In this document: piece after piece, positions 16,459 through 26,255 of the stretch
Position numbering within the stretch: the first letter of the stretch is position 1
How the letters are laid out: every line of letters begins with the position of its first letter
Source of the DNA: an uncultured bacterium
Lineage (GTDB): Bacteria; Verrucomicrobiota; Verrucomicrobiia; Verrucomicrobiales; DEV007
Direction: 5' to 3'
Assembly: GCA_963977015.1 (NCBI GenBank)
Contig: CAXBMO010000004.1
Span: 288,001-352,000 of the forward strand
DNA length: 64,000 nt
Notes under the pieces: model-generated
Told to the model about the DNA's origin: nothing
The model's input: only the letters and a program-made list of their open reading frames with translations
Databases searched by the model: none
Position numbers and translations under genes: made by a program

Positions 16459-19400
16459 GTTGTCGCCAAGGTCGTCGAGGCCAAGAACCGAGCGAGCACC
16501 GGCGGTATTTCCGGTCTGGGTATTGCCGCCATCGGTCAAAACTCCGTCTTCATCGACGTCACTGACGATTCCAAAGCCTCCATTCAGGTTGGTCGTGTTT
16601 CCGGAGAACCGGGCGGAGTCTTCAAACTGGGCTCCGTCCGTTCCGTTCAAGTCGTTGGGATCCAGCAGAAACACGATTCCATTCGCTCCATTTCCGTTCG
16701 CGGTATTCGAGACAAATTCGCCGCCATCAAATCCGTCGGTTCCTTCAAAGACGATGCCGTTCCCGCCATTTCCGTTGGCTGTGTTGTTGCTGATTTCAGG
16801 GAACGCACCGGGTGGTGAATCGGAATCGTCTCCCACAAAAATATTGATGCCGTCGCCGGTGTTGCCGGTGGCGACGTTGAATTTAAACTGCGCATCGGCG
16901 AACAGATCTTCCCCGATGGTGACACTAATTCCGTTCCCGATATTCCCCGTGGCGACGTTGTGGGTAATCAAGGCTGAGCCGGCCGTGGGGTTATCGATGA
17001 AGTCGCGTCCGATCCGGATGTCGATCCCTCCTCCCTCATTGGCTCGGGCGGTGTTGCTCATGAAGACGCCTTCGAAGTCTTCCGCCACCAGGAGAAAAAA
17101 ACCTCCTCCACCATTTCCGTGAGCGAGGTTGTCTCGAAACACGCCATCATCCTGAAAGTCATCCCCTGAAGTCAGGTGAAATCCGGCCAACCCGCTGCCC
17201 TTGGAGACATTGTTGGCAATCAGGCCCGAATGATCATCGTCCAACCGGAAATCGAAGCCATGGTAGCGATTGTCGTTGGCGACGTTCGCGATGAAGAGTC
17301 CGTTCTCTCCAAAATCATCGAACGTTTTCACGCGAAAGCCGCTGCCGCTGTTCTTGATCGCCTCGTTCGCTCCGAAAAAGGTGTCGAACACGTCATAGAT
17401 CAGAAGAAAGCCCGAATCGTCGTTCCGATCCGCGATATTTTGAACGATGCCTTGCGTCACAACTCCCTGGCCAGACGTGATCTTGAATCCGTTTCCATGA
17501 TTGTAAGCGGCGTAGTTGTTGTGAATTCGGCCAACGATCCGGCCATTATTCAGATTGATGTCGAATCCATCCCCGATGTTGAGGGTCGAAACGTTTCGCG
17601 CGATTTCGCCCGTTATCACCGCTCCGGAAAGCCGCACCTTGATTCCATCGAGCAGGTTTTCGCTCGCGATGTTCTCGTGGATATTGCCGTCAATCCGGGC
17701 ATTTGAGGCATCGATCAACAACCCAAAGCCGCCATTGGCGAACGCGCGATTGTTGAAGATATCGCCAAACAGCCCTCCGGTTGGAATCGCGAACTGAAAG
17801 CCATTTCCCAGGTTGCCAACGGCGAGGTTTCCGGAAATTTCCGCTTCGAGCCGTCGTCCCGTCGCAAGGTCAAACCGAAAGCCGGAAACGCCGTTCGTGA
17901 TCGCCACGTTTGCGTCAACGACACCGATAAAGATGCCGTTGTCGTTCTTGAACTCAAAACCATCTCCCAGGTTGGAGGTCGCGGTGTTCCGTTCGACCGT
18001 GGCATAAACGGCGGCGTTGGGATACTCCAGGTGAAACCCGTCTTCCCGGTTGTTTTTCGCCTCATTGTCGAGGATTTCCAAATCGAGGACACCACCGGAT
18101 TCGGCGGCAAATCGAAAGCCGTTCTCCGAATTTCGATTCGACTCATTGTCAGAGATTTCGCCACCGAATCTTGCATTCGCCAGCTCAACCGTGAGTCCGT
18201 CTCCCCGGTTCCCGGCGATCTCATTGCCGGTGATCTCCCCATTGCCAACCCAACCGGCACGCCCCACGATCGCAATTCCATCGCCACCGTTGTTCCTCAC
18301 CTTCGTGTCTTCAATCTCAAGGGTTGAATTCCGTCCGGATTTCCCGACAAAGACCACCCCGGAATCCAGCGTCTCCTCAATCGTGGTGTTGGTCAGGGTG
18401 AAGTCCGTCACTCCTTCGAAGTAGATTCCGTTGCCACGTCCTCGATCATTCCCCAGTCCGCCGCTCAGGGAACTGCGGGCCCCATTGATCACGCGATAGC
18501 CCTCGATTCCCACGGTGTCAGCTTGGCGCGAAAGAAATCCGCCATCGATCAACGGAATGTCTCCGGTGCCAAACGTCTGGCCGCCCATTCCAACAATCGG
18601 CACCGCACTCGAGGTAAACCGGACGCTGTCCGTCACCAAAACATCCTCCCGATAATCAAAATCACCTCCCTGGGTATAAACGTTCCAGATCCGCCCGGTA
18701 TCACGATTCTTCCGGGCGGCCTGGCTCGCGCCGCCCTGCACGGTGGCGTAGGGATGTTCAGCCGTTCCATCGCCATCGCTACTTCCGGATTCAATTCCAT
18801 TGGAAAGCGCTTTCCCTTCGTTCACGAACACGAGGTCGTCCGCGATCTCCACCTTTTCCGTCACGGTTGAGGTGTGGGTAACCCGATGATGGCGAACGAC
18901 ACGTTGTCCCAGTTTCGCCGCGAGATAGCTTTCCACGATGGAGTCGTCCCCGGGCGCGGATTTCCGGCTCCCGGGCCCAAAGGGAATACTGGCCCGCAAA
19001 CCGACGTAGGCATTCCCGCCGATCAGTTCCTCGTCACCGTAATAGGCCGCATCCAAAAACAGCTTGTCCGTCAAACCGACTTCGGCGCGAGCCCGGAATC
19101 CCTCCAAGCTTACGGAATCATCGACGGTTCCCTCAAAGGCATAGGCTCCCGCCCAAAGGCCAATTGAAAACGGAAACTCCGGCGGGAGGGGGAGTTGGCG
19201 GCCGATTTCGAATTCAACACCGCTGAGGGATTCAACCCCCGCCATCGTCAGCGGCTGAAACACGGAGTGTTCTTCGGCAAAAAGCGAACCATAACTCAGG
19301 ACGGACAGCGAATCGGCGATCGCCCGCTCGCTTTCGGACAAGTAGCCATTGACTCGCAAATCGAGAATCCACGTGCTGATTTCCAACCCCAGGCCGAGTC

Positions 19401-19803
19401 GGTCGATTGACGCGAGGTCATCCATTTCGGCGTGATCCCAAAACGCATTGACTCCGAGGAGAAGGGTTTTGTCTGCATTCAGCGTTCGAAATCCGCCTCC
19501 GACACTGAAATAATGCTGATCGCGTTCGTAAAATCCGGTCCACGCATTGAGATACAGCAGGGAATCCTCGTCCTGCCAGACCGGTGCCAAAATTTCGCCA
19601 CCTCCCTGCCACGTGCTCAGATCTGAACTCAATCCCCATCCCCAAGTCACGGTCGTCAACCAGGGAATCCCCGGATCCTGTGGGAGAATCGCTTCACGCT
19701 CGGACTCGGGCGCAATCGAACCTTCCTCCGCGAATGAAATCGCGGCGAAAACCCCGAACAGGAAGAAGAGATAGCCAAAGATGCGCACCTTGAGCCGAAC
19801 CAA
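16447..19803 (-). CDS. inverse-autotransporter beta-barrel protein with right-handed parallel beta-helix passenger
   Basis: Signal peptide, then an intimin/invasin-like barrel (SVGGGFR..LLGVNAFWD, LGLGLEI..LDLRVNGY, EGFRARAE, YVGLRASIPFG). GDGTAEHPYATVQ is followed by many N.A..N.GDG(F/I) repeats of about 24 aa. Confidence 0.8.
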   Translation of the reverse strand: MVRLKVRIFGYLFFLFGVFAAISFAEEGSIAPESEREAILPQDPGIPWLTTVTWGWGLSSDLSTWQGGGEILAPVWQDEDSLLYLNAWTGFYERDQHYFSVGGGFRTLNADKTLLLGVNAFWDHAEMDDLASIDRLGLGLEISTWILDLRVNGYLSESERAIADSLSVLSYGSLFAEEHSVFQPLTMAGVESLSGVEFEIGRQLPLPPEFPFSIGLWAGAYAFEGTVDDSVSLEGFRARAEVGLTDKLFLDAAYYGDEELIGGNAYVGLRASIPFGPGSRKSAPGDDSIVESYLAAKLGQRVVRHHRVTHTSTVTEKVEIADDLVFVNEGKALSNGIESGSSDGDGTAEHPYATVQGGASQAARKNRDTGRIWNVYTQGGDFDYREDVLVTDSVRFTSSAVPIVGMGGQTFGTGDIPLIDGGFLSRQADTVGIEGYRVINGARSSLSGGLGNDRGRGNGIYFEGVTDFTLTNTTIEETLDSGVVFVGKSGRNSTLEIEDTKVRNNGGDGIAIVGRAGWVGNGEITGNEIAGNRGDGLTVELANARFGGEISDNESNRNSENGFRFAAESGGVLDLEILDNEAKNNREDGFHLEYPNAAVYATVERNTATSNLGDGFEFKNDNGIFIGVVDANVAITNGVSGFRFDLATGRRLEAEISGNLAVGNLGNGFQFAIPTGGLFGDIFNNRAFANGGFGLLIDASNARIDGNIHENIASENLLDGIKVRLSGAVITGEIARNVSTLNIGDGFDINLNNGRIVGRIHNNYAAYNHGNGFKITSGQGVVTQGIVQNIADRNDDSGFLLIYDVFDTFFGANEAIKNSGSGFRVKTFDDFGENGLFIANVANDNRYHGFDFRLDDDHSGLIANNVSKGSGLAGFHLTSGDDFQDDGVFRDNLAHGNGGGGFFLLVAEDFEGVFMSNTARANEGGGIDIRIGRDFIDNPTAGSALITHNVATGNIGNGISVTIGEDLFADAQFKFNVATGNTGDGINIFVGDDSDSPPGAFPEISNNTANGNGGNGIVFEGTDGFDGGEFVSNTANGNGANGIVFLLDPNDLNGTDGAQFEDSARFSGNTTNLNGGFGIVSDVDEDGVLTDGGNTQTGNTAGARSVLGLDDLGDNSDP

Positions 19804-19889
19804 GCTCGCAACGGCCGCGTGTCGACCAAAATTGTGGTTCTGTTAAGGAATTTTTGCACGTAAACTGTTCAAAACCACTGCGTTCCCCA

Positions 19890-20300
19890 CTAAAGTAGCT
19901 TGGTGATGACAAAATAGGATCCGATTCTGCTCTGCATTTCGGGAGGATCTTCGGGCCCGATATCCCATGCTCCCTCTCGAATTTCGCCCTCCACCGTGAT
20001 GACCTGATTGATTTGAGACTTCAGATCGTCTGCCGAAACCGTTGATTCGCTGAATTTGATGAAGAAATCGTCCATGCTCAATCGCAGATAGAGTTCTTCC
20101 GGACCAGCCGCCTTCCCCACTTTGTTGATGAACGGCTTGGACACGATATGCCCGGTGTAATTGCCGGTTGGTTTCTTGTTCATGGTGTTCGGGTTGAGGG
20201 ACATCGATTGGCGTTCTGAATCCGGCGAATCACAGGAAAGCAAGCAGATCGAAAGCCCCAACAGGAGTGGCTTGAATAGCGCGATTTTCGGTTTCGTCAT
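19890..20300 (-). CDS. hypothetical lipoprotein
   Basis: ATG 20300 gives MTKPKIALFKPLLLGLSICLLSC (lipobox-like LLSC), then a small beta-rich domain (ITVEGEIREG). Confidence 0.7.
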   Translation of the reverse strand: MTKPKIALFKPLLLGLSICLLSCDSPDSERQSMSLNPNTMNKKPTGNYTGHIVSKPFINKVGKAAGPEELYLRLSMDDFFIKFSESTVSADDLKSQINQVITVEGEIREGAWDIGPEDPPEMQSRIGSYFVITKLL

Positions 20301-20565
20301 CGATTTTTTCGGTTCATTGCTCAATAGTTGAAACACTTGAATTGGGAGGTCCGTGTAAGAAGTTGGGCAATTGGTTTTGAAATTGGGCACTGAATTGGGT
20401 TCCCGTCTGCGCCAAGGGTCCGAAACAATTCTTTCACACGAAATTCTTGTCACTTTTGAGACTATTTCGCGATGAAACGCACGACGAAAATGGGATTGGC
20501 AGGCTTGATGCTACCAAATTTACAGAACTCACAGCAACACACTTCAACTTTTCAACAACAGGAGC

Positions 20566-21537
20566 ATGAGCAGGATGCCTACTTTACTTGACCAGGAGGA
20601 GTCCATTCTTACCCCTTGGGACTTAAACCTAATTATCGGGGACCACATCAATGTCACCGAATTGACGGGCACAGGCGGCATGGGAGCCGTTTATCTCGCC
20701 TGGCATTCGAAACTGAAACGGGAAGTCGCGATCAAACTGCTTCCCAAGTCACGGATGGCCGAGAATCCCCAGTTGGCCGCTTTCTTTCGTGAGGAAGCTC
20801 GAGCCATGGCACGGTTGGATCATCCCAACATCGTCAAGGTTTTCGACATCGAGGAGACCTTTCGCGGAGATCTCTACATCGTGATGGAATACGTTCACGG
20901 TTTCAACCTGGCCGAGCTGATTGCGGGCGGTGGATTGACCGAGCGGCATGCGCATAGCTGGATTCCACAGATCGGCGTTGCCCTTGAGCATGCCCACCAA
21001 CACGGAATTCTGCATTGCGACATCAAGCCCGCCAATGTGCTGATCACGCGGGAAGGAGTCGTCAAAGTCACCGATTTTGGCCTCGTGAAGCGAATGAAGC
21101 CAGGCGGGATTTCCGCCTCCGATTGTCTCGGAACGGCCCCCTACGCCGCCCCGGAACTTCCCGGCGAGCCAACTCCGCAAAGCGACATCTACAGTCTCGG
21201 CGCGGTTCTTTTCGAATTGCTGACGGGCAAGCAGCCGGAACGTCCCATTCCACCGCTCGCAGAAGTGAAGTCGAAATTGGATCCCCGATTCGAGAACGTT
21301 CTGAACCGGTCCCTGCATCGCAGAGTCAACCGGCGCTATGCCACTGCCGAAGATATGGTCGATGAGGTTTTGGAAATCTCATCGACGCCAGCTCCGAAGC
21401 CAACGGAGACTTCGCCCGAACCAGAATGCGAGACGAGAACCAATCCGGCTCGTGTTCCGGTGAGGCCGGATGCGTCACGGAACAAGCGCAAGTATCCCTG
21501 GGCCTGGGCCTGGACGCAGTGGTCGAAGCTTTTCTGA
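20566..21537 (+). CDS. Hanks-type serine/threonine protein kinase (soluble, non-RD); start may be ATG 20575
   Basis: GTGGMGAVY, VAIK, E of helix C, HCDIKPAN, DFG, GTAPYAAPE and SDIYSLG. Confidence 0.9.
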   Translation: MSRMPTLLDQEESILTPWDLNLIIGDHINVTELTGTGGMGAVYLAWHSKLKREVAIKLLPKSRMAENPQLAAFFREEARAMARLDHPNIVKVFDIEETFRGDLYIVMEYVHGFNLAELIAGGGLTERHAHSWIPQIGVALEHAHQHGILHCDIKPANVLITREGVVKVTDFGLVKRMKPGGISASDCLGTAPYAAPELPGEPTPQSDIYSLGAVLFELLTGKQPERPIPPLAEVKSKLDPRFENVLNRSLHRRVNRRYATAEDMVDEVLEISSTPAPKPTETSPEPECETRTNPARVPVRPDASRNKRKYPWAWAWTQWSKLF

Positions 21538-21571
21538 TTCAGCTCAACCCGAGTTGAGAGAGCGGTCTTCC

Positions 21572-22828
21572 CTATTCGCCAATGCAATAGAGATGCGTCT
21601 GTGATCGGAGGAAGAGATTTCCCTGAGAAACTGCGGGGGTTCCGTTGAACGCGGATTCGTCGTTCAACTTGTTGTGCGCAAGGACCTTTAATTCTTCCAG
21701 GCTTGGTTCGATCACGAACAGCCCATTGTATCGGCTCTGTGCGTAAATCTTTCCTCCGGCCAGAACTGGGGAGGCGTAAAATGGCTTTCCTCGTCCTCCT
21801 GCAATTCCCGGAACCCGCTCCTCGAAAAGGGGCTCGCTTTCACCAATTTTCGCGGCAAACGCGATTCCACTATCGCTGATCCAATAGAGAACACCGTCGC
21901 TCTCCACGGGAGCCGTCATGTAGGTCGCCGGCTTCTGCGTGTCATAGAGGATCTCGCCGGATCGATCGCCTTTGCCGCCAACCTTGATCGCCACCCGCGC
22001 CGTTCGTGGATAGCCACCGGAAACGGTGATGACGTCGCCATTCAAGACCGGGCTGTTCGACATGTTTCCGGGCAAATTGTACTCGGCAAACCACCGCAAC
22101 TTGCCGTTGGCGGGATTAATCCCCCAGATCTCGCCCGGAAGCGCGTAAACCAGATCGGTGCGGGACTCATCGACCTCCACCAGAAGCGGAGTTCCATAGG
22201 TTTGTTCCATGCGTTCTCCTTCCGCCCGCCAAACCACTTTTCCGTCAGCCTTGTTTAAGGCGAGAATGGACCGGGTTTCGTCGCCGGAAGGCACAATCAC
22301 CAAATCGTTGTAGAGAATCGGGCTCGCGGCACTGCCCCACTGTTTGCTTGAGGACTTTTTCCCGGTTTCCGACTTCCAAAGCTGGTTTCCGTCAAAATCG
22401 AAGGCGTAGACGCCCGCTTTCCCAAAATAGCAAAACACGGTCTCCCCATCGGTGACGGGTGTGTTGCTCGCGTAGCCATGCTCCGTGATGTATCCACGGG
22501 CGGGATCCTCGGTGTGCCAGACGGGAACGGTTTGATCCCAAACCACGTCACCGGAAGTCCGGTCGATCCGCGTCAGGTGCCGCTCAATGCCACGGTCTTC
22601 GCCGGTGTAACTGGTGACAAACACGGCATCGCCCGAAACGATTGCGGAGGAACTGCCCTTTCCGGGAAGCTCCACCTTCCACTTCACGTTCTCCTGATCA
22701 TTCCAGGAAACGGGAACGATTTCTCCGCTGGTGCCGCTCATGTTCGGGCCACGAAACTGGGTCCAATCCGCCAACGCGACGGAGGCGAAGCCAAAACACA
22801 GGGTAAAGACGAGATGAAGAAATTTCAT
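21572..22828 (-). CDS. PQQ-binding-like beta-propeller repeat protein (PVC type)
   Basis: Signal peptide, DWTQFRGPN, WKVELPGKGSSS, TPVTDG, SPVLAGG, TPAVSQGNLFLRS..LYCIG. Confidence 0.9.
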   Translation of the reverse strand: MKFLHLVFTLCFGFASVALADWTQFRGPNMSGTSGEIVPVSWNDQENVKWKVELPGKGSSSAIVSGDAVFVTSYTGEDRGIERHLTRIDRTSGDVVWDQTVPVWHTEDPARGYITEHGYASNTPVTDGETVFCYFGKAGVYAFDFDGNQLWKSETGKKSSSKQWGSAASPILYNDLVIVPSGDETRSILALNKADGKVVWRAEGERMEQTYGTPLLVEVDESRTDLVYALPGEIWGINPANGKLRWFAEYNLPGNMSNSPVLNGDVITVSGGYPRTARVAIKVGGKGDRSGEILYDTQKPATYMTAPVESDGVLYWISDSGIAFAAKIGESEPLFEERVPGIAGGRGKPFYASPVLAGGKIYAQSRYNGLFVIEPSLEELKVLAHNKLNDESAFNGTPAVSQGNLFLRSQTHLYCIGE

Positions 22829-22887
22829 ATGGCGATCAAACAGTCAATTTGCCCAATCGTCGCACAAAAATCGCGTGAACTTACCAC

Positions 22888-23748
22888 TTAGGAATCTTTG
22901 CCACCCGAAGGCGGAATGGACAGAACCTGACCCGCCTTCAATTCGCGCGGATCGGTCATCCCATTGAATTCCAGCAGCTTCTGCCAGGTAATCCCGTATT
23001 TCAGCGAAATGCGATACGCGGTATCACCACTGACCACTTTGTAGGTTTTCTGCCCAGCCGCTTTCGAACTCGAGGCGTGAGGCGCGAGAGCAGTCGTCGT
23101 GGCGACCCGGCTCGTTGTGGCGGCAATGGTTGGTTTGGCCGTATTGACGACCGGCGCGCTCGTTGGCGGTTTCACCGACGCCGTTTGGGTGGAAACTTTC
23201 TTCGAAGTCGGCCGGAGTTTTGGCTCAATCGGAATGTGGACGATCATTTCCGGGTCGCGGCTCTTGTCCCTTCGGTTGTCGGGAATCGTGAGCCACTGAC
23301 CAGCGTAGAGCCGAGTGCTGCTGCTCACGTTGTTCAACTTTTCGACCTCACTGATGCTCGCACTGAAGGCCTTCGCGATTTGGGCCAACGTCTCGCTGGA
23401 ACCCACGCGATAGCGCTTGAAGCCGTTCATCGTCGGATGATCAAAAATGACGGGTTTGCCTTCATTGCGGCGTTCGGCCAATCCCGGGGTGTCGCGTCTT
23501 GGCTCGGATTTCGGCTCGACCAATGCGACCGGCTTCTCGGTGGGCTCAATCGGTTCGCCGTCACCGCCTTCGATCCATTTGAAAACCAAAATGCCGCCAA
23601 TCGCGACGATCAACATCATCAGGACGACTCCGATGACTTTGCCTCCACCGCCCCCTGAGCCTCCGGTCTCAAAGTCATCCATAATGGCGGAAAATTTCAC
23701 GGTGGGAGCCGGGGCGTTGGCGCGCCCACGTCTGGATTGAGAAAACAT
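22888..23748 (-). CDS. membrane-anchored double-LysM peptidoglycan-binding protein (NlpD-like position)
   Basis: One TM helix and two LysM domains (YRVGSSETLAQIA...LYAGQWLTIP; YKVVSGDTAYRIS...LKAGQVLSIP). Starts 9 nt downstream of murD. Confidence 0.88.
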   Translation of the reverse strand: MFSQSRRGRANAPAPTVKFSAIMDDFETGGSGGGGGKVIGVVLMMLIVAIGGILVFKWIEGGDGEPIEPTEKPVALVEPKSEPRRDTPGLAERRNEGKPVIFDHPTMNGFKRYRVGSSETLAQIAKAFSASISEVEKLNNVSSSTRLYAGQWLTIPDNRRDKSRDPEMIVHIPIEPKLRPTSKKVSTQTASVKPPTSAPVVNTAKPTIAATTSRVATTTALAPHASSSKAAGQKTYKVVSGDTAYRISLKYGITWQKLLEFNGMTDPRELKAGQVLSIPPSGGKDS

Positions 23749-23757
23749 GGTCAGGGC

Positions 23758-25110
23758 TTAGTCGGGTTTATTCTCATTCGAGAGCTTTGTCACTGCGTTG
23801 CGAAAAACGTCTCCGCGCTCGCCATAACTCCCGAACATATCGAACGAAGACGTCCCCGGTGAAAACAGGATCGTCTGTTTAGGACGAGCGACTTGGAGCG
23901 ATTCTTCAACAGCGGCCGGCAGCGTCTCAACGATGGTGCAAGGCACTTGCTTGCCCCAGGTTTCGGCAATCCGGTCCGCCATTTGGCCAATCAAGATCAC
24001 TTGAGACACTTTTTCGGCCACCAAATCGGTAATTTCGCCAAAATCCAGACCTTTGTCTTTGCCACCCGCAATCAGAACAATGGGGTCAACCTGGCCACGG
24101 AGACTGCTCTCGAGGGCGTGCAGATTCGTCGCTTTCGAGTCATTGATGAACTCATGCCCATCGATTTCTCCGACGAGCTCGCAGCGATGTGCCGGCGGCT
24201 GATAACCCGACAGCGCCTTGACGATACTCTCCATTTCGACTTCGCCGACGTTGGTGGTCGCGGCAATCGCCGCCATCACGTTCTCCGCGTTGTGCGTTCC
24301 CCGCAGCTTCGTGGCGCTGAAATCGAAGATTCGCTTTCCTTCGTGGCAAATCCAGGATCCATCAAAGGTGTAGTCGGCCTCCGAATCGTAGGCGCTGAAG
24401 GTGAGGACCCGCGCCGCGATCTCCCCAATTTTTTCGCGATCTTCGTATTTGATGACGGCGAGGTCATTTTCGGTCTGAAAATCGAAAATCCGGCGCTTGG
24501 CTTGAAAATATTCCTCCACGTCGGCGTATCGATCGAGGTGATCCGGCGCGAAATTGAGCCAAATGCTGACCGTGGGACGGAAGGTCTCGATCGCCTCCAG
24601 CTGAAAACTGCTGACCTCGAGCGAGAAAATGTCATAGGCGGTTCCGTGAAGAACAGCCTCGCAGAATGGAACGCCGTAATTCCCCGTCGCCACGCACTTC
24701 ATGATCGTGTGATCGTAGATCTCATCGATCATCTCCGTCGTCGTCGTCTTGCCATTCGTTCCGGTAATCGCAATGACGGCCGAACTGCGCTGAACATGGC
24801 GAAATGCGAATTCCACCTCTCCAATAACGGAAATTCCCTTCGTCTTGAATTGGCGCACAATGGGTGAGGCCAAGTCAATTCCCGGACTCTGAACCACCAG
24901 ATCGACCGCCCCCGAATACGTCTCCGCTTCCGGTCCGAAGACGGCATCCACGCCCATTCTCTCGAATTTCTCTTTGGCGGGAGCGAGTTTCTGCGGATCC
25001 CCGCTGTCCAGCACAACCGGTTTCGCTCCGTCCTGAACGGCCAGCCGCGCCGCGGCAAAACCAGACAACCCAGCTCCGAGAATCGCGATGTTTTGGGGTG
25101 CAGCAGACAT
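23758..25110 (-). CDS. murD: UDP-N-acetylmuramoyl-L-alanine--D-glutamate ligase
   Basis: ILGAGLSG, SPGI, AITGTNGKTTT, LEVSSFQLE, DHLDRY, INDSKATN, GGKDKG. Confidence 0.95.
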   Translation of the reverse strand: MSAAPQNIAILGAGLSGFAAARLAVQDGAKPVVLDSGDPQKLAPAKEKFERMGVDAVFGPEAETYSGAVDLVVQSPGIDLASPIVRQFKTKGISVIGEVEFAFRHVQRSSAVIAITGTNGKTTTTEMIDEIYDHTIMKCVATGNYGVPFCEAVLHGTAYDIFSLEVSSFQLEAIETFRPTVSIWLNFAPDHLDRYADVEEYFQAKRRIFDFQTENDLAVIKYEDREKIGEIAARVLTFSAYDSEADYTFDGSWICHEGKRIFDFSATKLRGTHNAENVMAAIAATTNVGEVEMESIVKALSGYQPPAHRCELVGEIDGHEFINDSKATNLHALESSLRGQVDPIVLIAGGKDKGLDFGEITDLVAEKVSQVILIGQMADRIAETWGKQVPCTIVETLPAAVEESLQVARPKQTILFSPGTSSFDMFGSYGERGDVFRNAVTKLSNENKPD

Positions 25111-25115
25111 GATAA

Positions 25116-26255
25116 TCAGCGGATTTTCAGCGTGGCCAATCCCGCCAGGGCCAACATGATCGCCACAATCCAGAAACGCGTGATGACCTTGGTTTCCTTC
25201 CAGCCCATCAGCTCAAAGTGATGGTGGATCGGCGCCATTTTGAAAATTCGTTTTCCGCGAAGCTTAAAGCTCCCGACCTGCAGAATCACGCTGAGCGCCT
25301 CGATCACGAAGACGCCACCGACAACGACCAGCATCAATTCCTGGCGGCAGCAAACCGCAACCGTTCCGAGCAGACCACCAAGGGAAAGCGATCCCGTGTC
25401 TCCCATGAAAACGCGGGCCGGATAACAGTTGAACCAGAGAAACCCCAGTCCCGCTCCGACCATGGCGGTGCAGAAAACGGAGACTTCGCCGGCCCCTTTG
25501 TGGAACGGCAGGTTCAAGTAGCTGCTGAATTGGCTGTGACCAGCAACGTAGGAGAAAATTGCGAACGTCATTGCCGCGACGATGATGCAGCCGATGGCAA
25601 GACCATCCAGACCATCGGTGAGGTTGACGGCGTTGGAACTCCCCAGGATCACCGCCACCGTGAGGGCGACAAAAATCCCGACCAGGACCATGTTCTCGAT
25701 CTGAAACGGGTTCGTGAATCCCGGAACCACGAAATTGCGGATGTAGTCCTTCGTTTCCGGATGAAAATAGAGAAAGGCGCCCGCCGCGGTGGCCGAGAAG
25801 AACTGGAAAAACAACTTAAACCTCGCACTGACACCCGCTGAACTCTTCTTGGTGACTTTCGCGTAGTCGTCGCGGAACCCCAGATAACCGTGGGTGAGCA
25901 GCACAAAAATCAACACCATGATGAACGGATTATCCAGCCGCGCCCAGAGCAACGTGGAAGCCAGAATCGTTCCCAAAATCATGACACCGCCCATGGTTGG
26001 TGTTCCACCTTTTCCTTCGTGCAGTTCGTAGAGCGCATGCACTTCCTCGGCGGTCCGAATCGGTTGGCCGACTTTCAGCGAAACCAACTTGCGAATCACG
26101 GCCGGTCCGATCATCAGCGTCAGGAGGAACGCGGTAACGCAGGCACCACCGGCGCGTGCGGTGCCGAAGGTGAACACCCGGAACGGGCTGAGAAAACTGT
26201 AGTTCTCATTCGTCTCGGCGAGCTGAGTGAGATACTCTGATAAGTAGTAGAGCAT
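25116..26255 (-). CDS. mraY: phospho-N-acetylmuramoyl-pentapeptide transferase
   Basis: KGGTPTMGG, DDY, NAVNLTDGLDGL, VFMGDTGSL, MAPIHHHFE. Confidence 0.97.
   Translation of the reverse strand: MLYYLSEYLTQLAETNENYSFLSPFRVFTFGTARAGGACVTAFLLTLMIGPAVIRKLVSLKVGQPIRTAEEVHALYELHEGKGGTPTMGGVMILGTILASTLLWARLDNPFIMVLIFVLLTHGYLGFRDDYAKVTKKSSAGVSARFKLFFQFFSATAAGAFLYFHPETKDYIRNFVVPGFTNPFQIENMVLVGIFVALTVAVILGSSNAVNLTDGLDGLAIGCIIVAAMTFAIFSYVAGHSQFSSYLNLPFHKGAGEVSVFCTAMVGAGLGFLWFNCYPARVFMGDTGSLSLGGLLGTVAVCCRQELMLVVVGGVFVIEALSVILQVGSFKLRGKRIFKMAPIHHHFELMGWKETKVITRFWIVAIMLALAGLATLKIR

Noticed and set aside
20472-20591. Short upstream ORF before the kinase (MKRTTKMGLAG...)
   Set aside because: Out of frame with the kinase, no RBS and no recognisable features.
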